64,000 bases of DNA from Parvibaculaceae bacterium (GTDB taxonomy: Bacteria > Pseudomonadota > Alphaproteobacteria > Parvibaculales > Parvibaculaceae): the NCBI GenBank assembly GCA_947259525.1, contig CAMYLN010000007.1, forward strand, positions 58,417 through 122,416. The letters are read 5' to 3'. Shown in pieces: positions 1 through 8,939 of the stretch. Every line of letters begins with the position of its first letter. Position 1 is the stretch's first letter. A program made the translations under genes and the position numbers. The notes under the pieces were generated by a model. That model worked only from the letters and a program-made list of their open reading frames with translations, did not search any database and had not been told where the DNA came from.

Positions 1-507
1 ATTCCCCAGCAGTTTGACAATCCGGCCAACCCGGACATTCACCGGCGCACGACGGCTGAAGAGATCTGGAACGATACCGGCGGCGCGGTCGACTATGTCA
101 TCTCAGGCGTGGGTACAGGGGGCACCTTTACCGGTGTTGGCAGCGTTCTGAAACAGAAGAAATCGTCGGTCCAGATGATTGCAGTTGAGCCGGAAGACAG
201 TCCTGTCCTTTCCGGTGGCACACCAGGTGCTCACAAAATTCAAGGCATTGGCGCTGGTTTCATCCCAGGCAATCTGGAACGTGATCTGGTGGACGATGTC
301 CTTACCATCGGCAATGAAACAGCTTTCGAAACGGCACGCCGCGCCGCCAAAGAAGAAGGCATTCCGGTCGGGATTTCTTCGGGTGCGGCTATCGCTGCCG
401 CAATTGAGCTGGGTTCAAAGCAGGGCATGGACGGCAAAACGATTGTCGTCATTATTCCATCCTTTGCGGAGCGCTATCTCTCCACGGCGCTTTTTGACGG
501 GCTTTAA
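1..507 (+). CDS. cysK: Cysteine synthase A, 3' part (5' end outside window)
   Basis: Frame 1 is open from base 1: [13 protein letters not shown]...GVGTGGT...[12 protein letters not shown]...GISSGAA...AERYLST, typical CysK motifs. Confidence 0.95.
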   Translation: MPQQFDNPANPDIHRRTTAEEIWNDTGGAVDYVISGVGTGGTFTGVGSVLKQKKSSVQMIAVEPEDSPVLSGGTPGAHKIQGIGAGFIPGNLERDLVDDVLTIGNETAFETARRAAKEEGIPVGISSGAAIAAAIELGSKQGMDGKTIVVIIPSFAERYLSTALFDGL

Positions 508-986
508 GACTTAGATCTGGATTGCGGTCGGGGGTCGGTAAAACCGGGCCCCGCCACCGCCTCCACCGCACGTGCATCAAGCAGCTCCCCACACTCGGAA
601 CAGACAAGCGCGCCATGCATCTGATGCCCGCATGTTTTGTGGCGATGCACGATGGGCGCACCACGTGCGTCGGCCCGGTGATTATCTCCCCAGTGCACAA
701 TCGACATGATAACGGGGTAGAGATCGAACCCTTTCTCCGTCAACCGGTATTGATAACGCACCGGCGCTTCACCGTATGGCTCCTTGCGCAGGACATCTTC
801 GCTCACCAGTTTCTTCAAACGGTCCGACAGAACATGCCGGGTGATACCAAGGCTTGCCTCAAATTCCTCAAAACGACGCAGGCCCAGAAAACAGTCACGC
901 AGGATCATCAGCGTCCAGCGGTCGCCGATAACGGCAAGGGTCCGTGCGACCGAGCAGGTTTCGCTCCCTAAATCATCCCATCTCAT
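504..986 (-). CDS. HxlR/DUF24-family winged-helix transcriptional regulator
   Basis: [32 protein letters not shown]...LSDRLKKLV...Y.LTEKG; N-terminal Cys and C-terminal CxxC; RBS GAAGGAG; divergent from the SDR gene. Confidence 0.9.
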   Translation of the reverse strand: MRWDDLGSETCSVARTLAVIGDRWTLMILRDCFLGLRRFEEFEASLGITRHVLSDRLKKLVSEDVLRKEPYGEAPVRYQYRLTEKGFDLYPVIMSIVHWGDNHRADARGAPIVHRHKTCGHQMHGALVCSECGELLDARAVEAVAGPGFTDPRPQSRSKS

Positions 987-1041
987 GTGACGTCTCCTTC
1001 ACGATTTCCATTTCGTGACTTTTGACAAAATACATTGACAA

Positions 1042-1056
1042 GTTCCAAATTGGAAC
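1042..1056. promoter_or_regulatory. Palindromic operator 1 (GTTCCAA-A-TTGGAAC), probable HxlR site
   Basis: Perfect 7-1-7 inverted repeat directly after TTGACA (1035-1040) in the divergent intergenic region. Confidence 0.75.
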
Positions 1057-1073
1057 CCATTTTACAGATGTAA

Positions 1074-1088
1074 GTTCCAAAATAGAAC
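1074..1088. promoter_or_regulatory. Palindromic operator 2 (GTTCCAAAATAGAAC)
   Basis: Second near-identical copy 32 bp downstream of operator 1, just before the SDR RBS (AAGGAG). Confidence 0.7.
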
Positions 1089-1108
1089 CTTAATAAGGAG
1101 ACTCGCGG

Positions 1109-1837
1109 ATGGCGGAGAAACAAGCAGCCCTGGTGATCGGCGCGGGAGACGCGACCGGCGGAGCGATTGCCAAACGTTTTGCGCGAGAGGGTTTTGAAAC
1201 CTGTGTCGTGCGACGCCATGCTGACAAGCTGCAACCCCTGGTGGACGAGATTTCAGCAGCCGGCGGTGCGGCCCATGCCTTCGGCACCGACGCGCGCAAA
1301 GAAGAGGAGATGATCGCCCTGATCGACCAGATTGAAACAGATATCGCCCCACTGGGGGTTGCTGTTTTCAACATCGGGGCAAACGTCAACTTTCCCATCA
1401 CGGAAACAACGTCACGGGTTTATTTCAAGGTATGGGAGATGGCTGCCTTTGCCGGTTTTCTGACGGGACGCGAAGCTGCGCGCAAAATGACACCGCGCGG
1501 ACGCGGCACCATCATTTTTACGGGCGCGACGGCAAGCGTTCGCGGCGGGTCCGGCTTCTCCGCTTTCTCCGGCGCCAAACACGCCCTGCGCGCGCTGGCA
1601 CAAAGCATGGCGCGCGAGCTTGGGCCCAAAGGCATCCATGTCGCGCATTCCATCATCGACGGTGCGATCGACACGCAATGGATTGCAGAAAATTTCCCCG
1701 ACCGGTATGCCACGAAATCTGACGACGGAATTTTAAATCCGGATCACATTGCTGATGCTTACTGGTGGCTTCACACACAGCCACGCGATGCCTGGACCCA
1801 TGAACTTGACCTGCGGCCGTGGGCTGAAAAATTCTGA
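1109..1837 (+). CDS. Short-chain dehydrogenase/reductase (SDR)
   Basis: ALVIGAGDATGGAIA Rossmann motif, VFNIG, IIFTGATAS, FSGAKHALR. Confidence 0.92.
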   Translation: MAEKQAALVIGAGDATGGAIAKRFAREGFETCVVRRHADKLQPLVDEISAAGGAAHAFGTDARKEEEMIALIDQIETDIAPLGVAVFNIGANVNFPITETTSRVYFKVWEMAAFAGFLTGREAARKMTPRGRGTIIFTGATASVRGGSGFSAFSGAKHALRALAQSMARELGPKGIHVAHSIIDGAIDTQWIAENFPDRYATKSDDGILNPDHIADAYWWLHTQPRDAWTHELDLRPWAEKF

Positions 1838-1897
1838 CCATCCGCATCTCAACAAAGCACCGCGAACCTAAATTTCAAAGCCACCAAGGGGATAATC

Positions 1898-2494
1898 ATG
1901 AGCAAGAATGTAGACTTTATTTTCGATTTCGGCAGTCCCAACGCCTATCTCTCGCACAAGCTTGTCGGCGAGATTGAAGAGAGAACGGGGGCGACATTCA
2001 ACTACATACCCTGTCTTCTGGGGGGCCTGTTCAAACTCACGAATAACCAGCCCCCCATGCTTGCGTTTGGTCCCGTCAAAGGGAAACTTGAATATGAGCA
2101 GCTTGAAACCAAGCGCTTTATTGAAAAACACAAACTGACAAAGTTTAAATTCAATCCGCATTTTCCGGTCAACACACTTCTCATTATGCGTGGCCTGATT
2201 GCAGCCGAAATGAGCGGTGCCAAGAAAAAATATATTGACCTCGTATTGAAAGCCATGTGGGAAGAAGGGCTCAAAATGGATGACCCGGACGTTGTGAAGC
2301 AAGCCCTCACTAAGGGTGGGCTTGATGGCGATGACATCCTTGCCCGCACGCAAGATCCGGTCGTCAAACAGAAGCTTATGGACAATACCGAAGCGGCGGC
2401 GGCACGCGGCGCCTTTGGCATTCCTACCTTCTATGTCGGCGATGAAATGTTTTTCGGGAAAGATCGCCTTGCCCAGGTTGAGGAGCTTTTATAG
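1898..2494 (+). CDS. 2-hydroxychromene-2-carboxylate isomerase / kappa-class glutathione S-transferase (DsbA-like)
   Basis: VDFIFDFGSPNAYL and RGAFGIPTFYVGDEMFFGKDRL motifs. Confidence 0.9.
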   Translation: MSKNVDFIFDFGSPNAYLSHKLVGEIEERTGATFNYIPCLLGGLFKLTNNQPPMLAFGPVKGKLEYEQLETKRFIEKHKLTKFKFNPHFPVNTLLIMRGLIAAEMSGAKKKYIDLVLKAMWEEGLKMDDPDVVKQALTKGGLDGDDILARTQDPVVKQKLMDNTEAAAARGAFGIPTFYVGDEMFFGKDRLAQVEELL

Positions 2495-2540
2495 ACCGCG
2501 GCCCCTCGGGCACCCGCTATCGCGCAATATGACTTGCGAA

Positions 2541-2568
2541 ATTGGGCGCTTCCGCGGGAGCGCCCAAT
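2541..2568 (+). terminator. GC-rich stem-loop (possible terminator or mRNA stabiliser)
   Basis: ATTGGGCGCTTCC-GC-GGGAGCGCCCAAT inverted repeat; lacks a U-tract. Confidence 0.35.
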
Positions 2569-2658
2569 GTCTATTTGGTGCCCAGCCACGCCCGTCTATT
2601 GGGTCTCGTCCGGACGGGCCCACGCCTTTATGTTCTCTGCGTATACAGGAAGATCATC

Positions 2659-3453
2659 ATGAATATCGCCTCCCCCACCCCCGTTTTCAGCCGACAGAAC
2701 CAGTTGTGGCACCCGGAGCCCCAAGCCATGGGGCCTTTTGGCGGCCTGCATGGAGGCGCGGTCTCGGGATTGCTGACCGGGGAGCTGGAAACGCTGGCGG
2801 CAGACGCAGGACATGGCACCGCAATCTCCGCACAGGTCTATCTCCTGCGCCCGGCACCGCTGGTCGCGAGTGAGACAAAGCCGGTTGCGGTGCGGGAAGG
2901 TGGTCGCGTCGCGGTTTACGAAAATGAATTATGGGCCAATGGCAAATTGCAGGCCAAAGCCTCCATGTGTTTCCTGAAGGGCGTCCCTGCCGGCAAGGAG
3001 ATTGCCGGGATCGCTCCCGTGCTTCAGGGAAGCGAAGTGAGCGAAGCTCAGGTCAACCCGGACGAGTTGCCTGTCTGGCAGTTTGAGGGAAAAACTTTCG
3101 GCACATCCTACCTCAGCGCTGTTGATGTCCGGGAAGCCCCGGACGGGCTTATCTGGCTCAGGGCGGTACAACCCTTGTTCAATCGGGCCACCCCTTTTGC
3201 CTCGACCATGAGTTTTGCCGATTTCTCGACCCTGTTTTCAGTGGTCGCCGCCGGACGCCGCCCGGCGGCAGGTGGCTGGCCCAATGCCGACATCGGCCTT
3301 CACCTCTCCCGCCTGCCCGTCGGACCCTGGATTGGCCTGAAAACCCGGTCAGACTGGTTTGCCGACGGTCGTGGCGTCACGGAAAGCCAGATTTACGATA
3401 TCTATGGCCGGATGGGCCGCTCAACCCAGGCAGCTGTCCTCGCCCCGCTCTGA
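2659..3453 (+). CDS. Thioesterase family protein (double hot-dog, TesB-like)
   Basis: GPFGGLHGGAVSGLL, FADFS, WPNADIGLHLSRLPVGPWIGL, GRGVTESQIYD; start moved to ATG 2659 after AGGAAG. Confidence 0.8.
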   Translation: MNIASPTPVFSRQNQLWHPEPQAMGPFGGLHGGAVSGLLTGELETLAADAGHGTAISAQVYLLRPAPLVASETKPVAVREGGRVAVYENELWANGKLQAKASMCFLKGVPAGKEIAGIAPVLQGSEVSEAQVNPDELPVWQFEGKTFGTSYLSAVDVREAPDGLIWLRAVQPLFNRATPFASTMSFADFSTLFSVVAAGRRPAAGGWPNADIGLHLSRLPVGPWIGLKTRSDWFADGRGVTESQIYDIYGRMGRSTQAAVLAPL

Positions 3454-3528
3454 ACGCCCCCGGTGCCGGTTTGACTTTTCGGGCGGGGCATGGCGGATTG
3501 TCCCCCCACCCGGTGCGAGGAGGTTTAA

Positions 3529-4344
3529 ATGTCGTTCTCCGACGATGAGCTTGAGCGTTATGCCCGACATATTGTGTTGCGCGAGATTGGCGGCCCCGGG
3601 CAGCAGAAACTTCTGCAAGCCCGCGTGCTCGTGATCGGGGCCGGGGGGCTCGGCTCTCCGCTCCTGCTTTATCTTGCCGCAGCAGGTGTCGGCACAATCG
3701 GCATCATTGATGATGATCATGTTTCACTCTCCAACCTGCAGCGACAGGTTGTGCATGGCACAAAGGATGTGGGACGCCCCAAGGTCGAGAGCGCGCGCGA
3801 CGCGATCCTCGATATTAATCCGCATACAAATGTTGTGATACATGAAGAAAGGCTGAACGCCACCAATGCACAGGCGCTGATCTGTCAGTACGATATTGTC
3901 GCAGACGGGTGCGATAATTTCTCGACACGTTTTCTGGTGAATGATGCCTGTTATTTTGCCCGGGTGCCGCTTGTGTCTGCGGCCGTTGGCCGGTTTGACG
4001 GACAGCTTTCAACCTTCAAAGGATATGAGCGCGACGCCGACGACGTACCACTGCCCACCTATCGCGATTTCATCGCAACCATGCCACCCGATGGCAGCAT
4101 CCCCACATGTGAACAGGCAGGTGTCCTGGGCGCGCTTACAGGCGTGATGGGCTCACTCCAGGCGCTTGAGGTTATCAAGGAAATTACCGGGGCGGGCACC
4201 GGGCTTGCGGGCAAGCTTCTTATCTATGATGCACTGGACGCGCGCGTACGCACCATCACGCTTCGTCATGATCCCGCCAATCCGCTGACCGGGACAAGCC
4301 CCAGTATTACGGACCTATCGGGCCATCCCGCTGCTACAGAATAG
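3529..4344 (+). CDS. moeB: Molybdopterin-synthase adenylyltransferase MoeB/ThiF family
   Basis: ERYARHIVLREIGGPGQQKL, VLVIGAGGLGSP, SLSNLQRQ, DGCDNFSTRFLVNDAC; RBS GAGGAGG. Confidence 0.9.
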   Translation: MSFSDDELERYARHIVLREIGGPGQQKLLQARVLVIGAGGLGSPLLLYLAAAGVGTIGIIDDDHVSLSNLQRQVVHGTKDVGRPKVESARDAILDINPHTNVVIHEERLNATNAQALICQYDIVADGCDNFSTRFLVNDACYFARVPLVSAAVGRFDGQLSTFKGYERDADDVPLPTYRDFIATMPPDGSIPTCEQAGVLGALTGVMGSLQALEVIKEITGAGTGLAGKLLIYDALDARVRTITLRHDPANPLTGTSPSITDLSGHPAATE

Positions 4345-5332
4345 CGGGTATGACCCGGTCGGGGGGCTTGTGCCCGTCGGCCCAGGTGCGAATATTGATC
4401 AACACTTTCTCCCCCATCTCGATCCGGCCTTCGACGGTCGCCGACCCCAGATGCGGTAACAACACAACATTGTCGAGGTCCAGCAGCCGGGGGTTGATCA
4501 GCGGTTCCTGCTCAAACACATCAAGCCCGGCGCCTGCCAGCTCGCCTGCCTCCAGAGCCCGGGCCAGGGCGTTTTCGTCAATGACCTCGCCACGTGATGT
4601 GTTGACAATGTAGGCGTCATTTTTCATCAGCTTGAGCCGATTGGTGTTCATCAGATGGTATGTTGCCGGGGTGTGCGGGCAATTGAGTGAAAGAATATCG
4701 ATATGGGCAAGCATCCCGTCGAGGCTTGGCCAGTAGGTTGCCTTCAGTTCCTGCTGGGTTGCCTGATTGACGGGATGGCGATTGTGATAGTGGATCTCAA
4801 GGCCGAATGCCGCAGCACGGCGTGCCACCGCCTGGCCGATGCGCCCCATCCCGACAATACCGAGTTTTTTGCCACGCAGACGGCGCCCCAGCATCCAGGT
4901 CGGCGACCAGCCGGTCCAGAGTGATCCGCGCTCCCGGATGAAACGGGCCCCCTCCGCAATGCGGCGTGGTACCGCAAGGATGAGCGCCATCGTCATGTCG
5001 GCTGTGTCTTCTGTCAGAACACTGGGTGTATTCGTTACCGTAATGCCGCGGGAGACCGCCGTTTCCACATCAATATTATCGACACCGGTACCGAATTGCG
5101 CAATCAGCCGGAGGTCAGGTCCCGCCTGCGCCAGCAGGCGGCCATCAATCCGGTCTGTCACCGTGGGAACCAGCACACTGGCTTCCCGCAAGGCGGCAGC
5201 GAGTGCTGCCTGGCTCATCGGTTCGTCCGTCGCGTTCAGCTTTGTATCAAACAGTTCGCAGAGCCGCGCTTCGATGGAAGCGGGTAGTTTGCGCGTCACG
5301 ATGACCCGCGTTTTATCTGCGTTTGCCGCCAT
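4334..5332 (-). CDS. D-isomer 2-hydroxyacid dehydrogenase (glyoxylate reductase/D-glycerate dehydrogenase-like)
   Basis: GTGVDNID, LGIVGMGRIGQAVARRA, IVNTSRGEVIDE, GAGLDVFEQEP, LLPHLGSAT. Confidence 0.92.
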   Translation of the reverse strand: MAANADKTRVIVTRKLPASIEARLCELFDTKLNATDEPMSQAALAAALREASVLVPTVTDRIDGRLLAQAGPDLRLIAQFGTGVDNIDVETAVSRGITVTNTPSVLTEDTADMTMALILAVPRRIAEGARFIRERGSLWTGWSPTWMLGRRLRGKKLGIVGMGRIGQAVARRAAAFGLEIHYHNRHPVNQATQQELKATYWPSLDGMLAHIDILSLNCPHTPATYHLMNTNRLKLMKNDAYIVNTSRGEVIDENALARALEAGELAGAGLDVFEQEPLINPRLLDLDNVVLLPHLGSATVEGRIEMGEKVLINIRTWADGHKPPDRVIPAIL

Positions 5333-5399
5333 TCTTTTTCCTTCCGGCTCACAAGGCCTGTCGTGCCCGCCTCAACTGTTCCCTGACTGTCCTGAATGG

Positions 5400-5449
5400 T
5401 CTTGACCACTTGGATATCTTGACCACTCGGATGTCTTGACCTCTGATGG
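5400..5449. repeat. Three tandem ~17-bp direct repeats (TCTTGACCACTyGGATr)
   Basis: TCTTGACCACTTGGATA / TCTTGACCACTCGGATG / TCTTGACCTCTGATGG in a divergent intergenic region. Confidence 0.8.
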
Positions 5450-5691
5450 TCCTGTCGACCGGCGGATCGACTTTCTGGAGAGCACTGTCCGGCAAGAACG
5501 GTAGCACACCTGATGCCGGGATACACAGGATCAAGTGGCGCTGCCACCGGTACGTGCCGGGATGCGCCTGAATGTGCTTTGGGCCATGCCGGATCGAAGG
5601 CTTGACCCTTCGCCACCTCGCTTGTCATAACGGAGTATCAGATTCGCCCTTTTCGCTCAGACGCGCCCCAAAGCCCGACTTGAGGATATTC

Positions 5692-6264
5692 GTGATCAAA
5701 ACTATCGCGTCCTGCACACCTTGCCACCGCATCGCGCTTCGGGCGCCGGGGCTTCCGGTTGCCCTGCTTGCGATATTGTTGCTTGTAATGATCGCTCCTG
5801 GCACCTTTCCGGCACAAGCGGCCGAGCTGACGGGGGTTGAAACCGGCCTTCCGCTACCCCGCTTTGTGAGCCTCAAATCATCCAAGGTAAATGTGCGGGT
5901 GGGCCCCAGCCGCAACCATGCCGTTGTCTGGGTCTATCAGCGCAAGGGATTACCGGTTGAGGTGATTGCCGAATTTGAGCATTGGCGACGCATCCGTGAC
6001 GCGGACGGCGAAACCGGGTGGATTTTTCACTCATTGCTGGATGGCGACCGGACAGCCATTTTGCGCCCGCAGCGGAACGAGGAAACCGTACCGCTCTATC
6101 GGCTACCCGACATGAGAGAACTGGTTGCCGCAGCGGAAGACGGGGTCATCGGACGTGTTGATGCGTGTTCTGTCCGTCTTTGCCAGCTTGTTGTCGGTGA
6201 CTATTCCGGCTGGGTGCTGAAAGGCAATCTCTGGGGCGTTTATGGCGATGAGATATTTGAGTGA
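5692..6264 (+). CDS. Exported SH3-domain protein (tandem bacterial SH3 repeats)
   Basis: Signal peptide ...FPAQA, then GLPLPRFVSLKSSKVNVRVGPS, GLPVEVIAEFEHWRRIRDADG..GWI; GTG start after GAGGA. Confidence 0.85.
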   Translation: MIKTIASCTPCHRIALRAPGLPVALLAILLLVMIAPGTFPAQAAELTGVETGLPLPRFVSLKSSKVNVRVGPSRNHAVVWVYQRKGLPVEVIAEFEHWRRIRDADGETGWIFHSLLDGDRTAILRPQRNEETVPLYRLPDMRELVAAAEDGVIGRVDACSVRLCQLVVGDYSGWVLKGNLWGVYGDEIFE

Positions 6265-6293
6265 TCTCTTCTTCGTCTGACACCCAAGACCTT

Positions 6294-6899
6294 TCAGGCC
6301 AGATCGCCACTCAGTGCCGCCCGCACAGACGGGGTCAGACCTGCCTGATGCGGATATGCATCGTGAGCAATGCCCAGTGACACTGGCACGGTGCCCGCTT
6401 TGAAAGCGCTCGCATCTTCATCGCTCAGGTCGAAATGCAGAAAATGGATGGAAGAGGTTTTCCCGTCTTCTTTGGTTCTCTCCACCTCGTCTTCTGCACG
6501 CGCGGCAATACGTTTGCCCCCGATGTCCAGATAGACCGTGTTTTCAACATGGGTCAGCTGCCGCAACATACGATCCCGGCGAACTTCATCATCAATTTCA
6601 AACATCAAGGTTGCGACCAGGTCGCGCCCTTGCGGGATCAGCGGATTATAGGCTGACAACTCCTCCAGCAATTGTTCGTCGCCACCTTTTTCGATGCGCA
6701 GCATTTCGTGCACCTGATGCAGCATCGTATCGTAACTTTCGAAATAGAATGTGGCGCAAGGTCCGACTTCCACGCGACGATTTCGTTTTATTTCCCGAAG
6801 GCGGGCACGGCGCTGCGGCCGCTCCACCTCATAGGTTTCAAGGTCCAGAATATCGTCGCGGGTTATGGTTTTGCGAAGCGCGGTCATGGTGGCTCTCAT
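6294..6899 (-). CDS. DUF3501 family protein
   Basis: R.K.NRRVEVGP, FESYDTMLHQVHEMLRIEK, AYNPLIP, ATLMFEIDD, TSSIHFLHF; third gene of the rubrerythrin operon. Confidence 0.85.
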   Translation of the reverse strand: MRATMTALRKTITRDDILDLETYEVERPQRRARLREIKRNRRVEVGPCATFYFESYDTMLHQVHEMLRIEKGGDEQLLEELSAYNPLIPQGRDLVATLMFEIDDEVRRDRMLRQLTHVENTVYLDIGGKRIAARAEDEVERTKEDGKTSSIHFLHFDLSDEDASAFKAGTVPVSLGIAHDAYPHQAGLTPSVRAALSGDLA

Positions 6900-6909
6900 T
6901 CTTTCCGTG

Positions 6910-8277
6910 TCAGTCGATCAGACCGTAGGCACGCGCCATGATCTCGATCGGATGATGTGCCTTCGGCAGGGGCTTTGCCTCGCTCTCGCCATTCAGCGTC
7001 TCGATTTCATGAACCAGATGCTTGGCCGCAAGCGGACAATCCGACGTTACATACTTGTTTTCTGTTTTGGCGACATTGCGTGCCGCTGTCTTGCCTACCT
7101 TCATGGCAAGATCAAAGGTCTCTTTCATCACGCCAAAGGTTCCGCCATGGCCTGAACAACGCTCGACCACATCCACTTTCGTGTCGGGGATGAGGCGCAT
7201 CATTTCCGCCGATTTGGGTCCCATGTTCTGCGCGCGTGCATGGCAGGCAAGATGCGCTGTCACGCCACCATCAACGGGCTTCAGCCCGTCCGCAAGCCCC
7301 TCTTTCTTCGCAATGTCGACGACATATTCATCGATGTCGAACGTCGCCTGCGCGAGGGCCTTCACGTACTCATCCTCCGGCAGGATAAGTGGCCATTCAA
7401 ATTTCAGCATCAACCCGCACGAGGCGGTGAGCGCGAGGATATCGTAGCCCTCGTCGATCAGGGGTTTCAGCTCACGTGAAACTTTGCGCGCCTGCTCCGC
7501 GACCTTTTCAATATTGCCGCTTTCCAGATGGGGCATGCCGCAGCAGCCAGGATAAGCGGGCTTCGTTTCTACCCCGTTATGGGCCAGCACTTTGCGCGCC
7601 GCGATCCCTGCATCCGGATTATTGTAGTTCACAAAACAGGTCGCGAAGATGGCAACCTTGCGCCCGTAAGCAGGCGCTGCGGTGTTCACCATCACAGTAC
7701 CGGATGCGTCATCCGCCTTGGCGCGCATCATGAAGGTCTTGCCAGCAAATTTTGGCAGTTCGGCGCGTGCATCGATCCCGGCCACTTTCTCCATGACGGG
7801 ACGCGTGAGCTTATTGGAACGTTTTGAGCCCCAATTGGCGAGACCTGCGACAGGTGCGGCCATAGTTCCGTTCCGGTCCATCTTCGCAAGCTGCCCCTGC
7901 ACAAATGGAAAGCCGCCTTTCGCTTTTGCTTCAGCGGCGCGGTATCGCAGCATCAGGTGCGGGAAGTCGAGGTTGAATTCGTGGGGGGGCACATAGGGAC
8001 ACTTGGTCATGTAGCACATGTCACAAAGCGTGCAGGCGTCCACAACCGGCCCAAAATCCTCACTGGATACAGTGTCCAGTTCGCCGCTTTCCGCTTCGTC
8101 CACGAGATCGAACAGGCGTGGAAAGCTGTCACACAGATTAAAACAGCGCCGACAGCCATGACAGATGTCAAAGACGCGACGCAGTTCTGCATCCAGATTT
8201 TCAAGATCGTAGAATGAGGGGTCCTGCCAGTTCAGCGGATGGCGGGTTGGCGCCTCAAGACTTCCTTCACGGCTCAT
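6910..8277 (-). CDS. Rubrerythrin-associated Fe-S oxidoreductase (GlpC/HdrB-like, CCG domains)
   Basis: CHGCRRCFNLC and CTLCDMCYMTKCP 4Fe-4S motifs, plus GCCGMP and CSGHGG cysteine-rich domains. Confidence 0.88.
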   Translation of the reverse strand: MSREGSLEAPTRHPLNWQDPSFYDLENLDAELRRVFDICHGCRRCFNLCDSFPRLFDLVDEAESGELDTVSSEDFGPVVDACTLCDMCYMTKCPYVPPHEFNLDFPHLMLRYRAAEAKAKGGFPFVQGQLAKMDRNGTMAAPVAGLANWGSKRSNKLTRPVMEKVAGIDARAELPKFAGKTFMMRAKADDASGTVMVNTAAPAYGRKVAIFATCFVNYNNPDAGIAARKVLAHNGVETKPAYPGCCGMPHLESGNIEKVAEQARKVSRELKPLIDEGYDILALTASCGLMLKFEWPLILPEDEYVKALAQATFDIDEYVVDIAKKEGLADGLKPVDGGVTAHLACHARAQNMGPKSAEMMRLIPDTKVDVVERCSGHGGTFGVMKETFDLAMKVGKTAARNVAKTENKYVTSDCPLAAKHLVHEIETLNGESEAKPLPKAHHPIEIMARAYGLID

Positions 8278-8302
8278 GTTTTCTCCCCCGTCAAAAGGTG
8301 CG

Positions 8303-8335
8303 TGAGGGGCCCTGTGGTGGCGACAGAGCCCCTCA
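8303..8335 (-). other. Intercistronic 13-bp stem-loop between rubrerythrin and Fe-S oxidoreductase
   Basis: TGAGGGGCTCTGT-CGCCACC-ACAGGGCCCCTCA; fully paired (one G-U) only on the transcribed minus strand. Confidence 0.55.
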
Positions 8336-8346
8336 AACCGTTCTGA

Positions 8347-8766
8347 TTAGTCGTTGAGGGCGTCAAGCGCCTTCTGGAAACGACCGGCATGGCTTTTTTC
8401 AGCCTTGGCCAGGGTTTCAAACCAGTCCGCGATCTCGTCAAAACCTTCATCACGGGCCGTGCGGGCCATGCCCGGATACATGTCTGTGTATTCGTGGGTT
8501 TCGCCCGCGATGGCGGCCTTGAGGTTGAGATCTGTGCTACCGATCGGCTCGCCCGTTGCCGGGTCGCCTACGGCTTCAAGAAATTCCAGATGACCATGAG
8601 CATGGCCGGTTTCGCCTTCCGCCGTTGAGCGGAAAACAGCCGCCACATCATTGTAGCCTTCAACATCTGCCTTCTGTGCAAAATACAGATAGCGACGGTT
8701 GGCCTGGCTTTCGCCCGCGAAAGCGGCCTTGAGATTGTCTTCGGTTTTGGAACCAGCTAGCGACAT
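8347..8766 (-). CDS. rbr: Rubrerythrin, short aerobic type lacking the rubredoxin domain
   Basis: [45 protein letters not shown] di-iron ligands; ATG 8766 after AGGAGA. Confidence 0.93.
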   Translation of the reverse strand: MSLAGSKTEDNLKAAFAGESQANRRYLYFAQKADVEGYNDVAAVFRSTAEGETGHAHGHLEFLEAVGDPATGEPIGSTDLNLKAAIAGETHEYTDMYPGMARTARDEGFDEIADWFETLAKAEKSHAGRFQKALDALND

Positions 8767-8908
8767 GTGCGTTCTCCTCGCCTGTTGTCTTTGAGAGCCG
8801 TCGGAGATCAGCAAAGCCCATTATGGTCGGCTTTTACCCGATCACCGGTGCGCATCTTGGCGGATGCGTTCCTATTAACCTAAGTTAGATCAACAGGTTC
8901 GTCAACAG

Positions 8909-8925
8909 GTTATAATTATTCTAAA
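8909..8925. promoter_or_regulatory. ICE/Per-box-like palindrome upstream of rubrerythrin
   Basis: GTTATAA-TTA-TTCTAAA; ends 3 nt upstream of a minus-strand TTGACG-N17-TAGGTT promoter. Confidence 0.65.
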
Positions 8926-8939
8926 GAGAATGAGTTGCA
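8925..8939. promoter_or_regulatory. Fur-box-like 7-1-7 site abutting the ICE box
   Basis: AGAGAAT-G-AGTTGCA resembles the alphaproteobacterial Fur box (TGAGAAT-n-ATTTGCA type). Confidence 0.4.

Noticed and set aside
5400-5449. CRISPR-like array
   Set aside because: Repeats are contiguous with no unique spacers, too short, and there are no cas genes.
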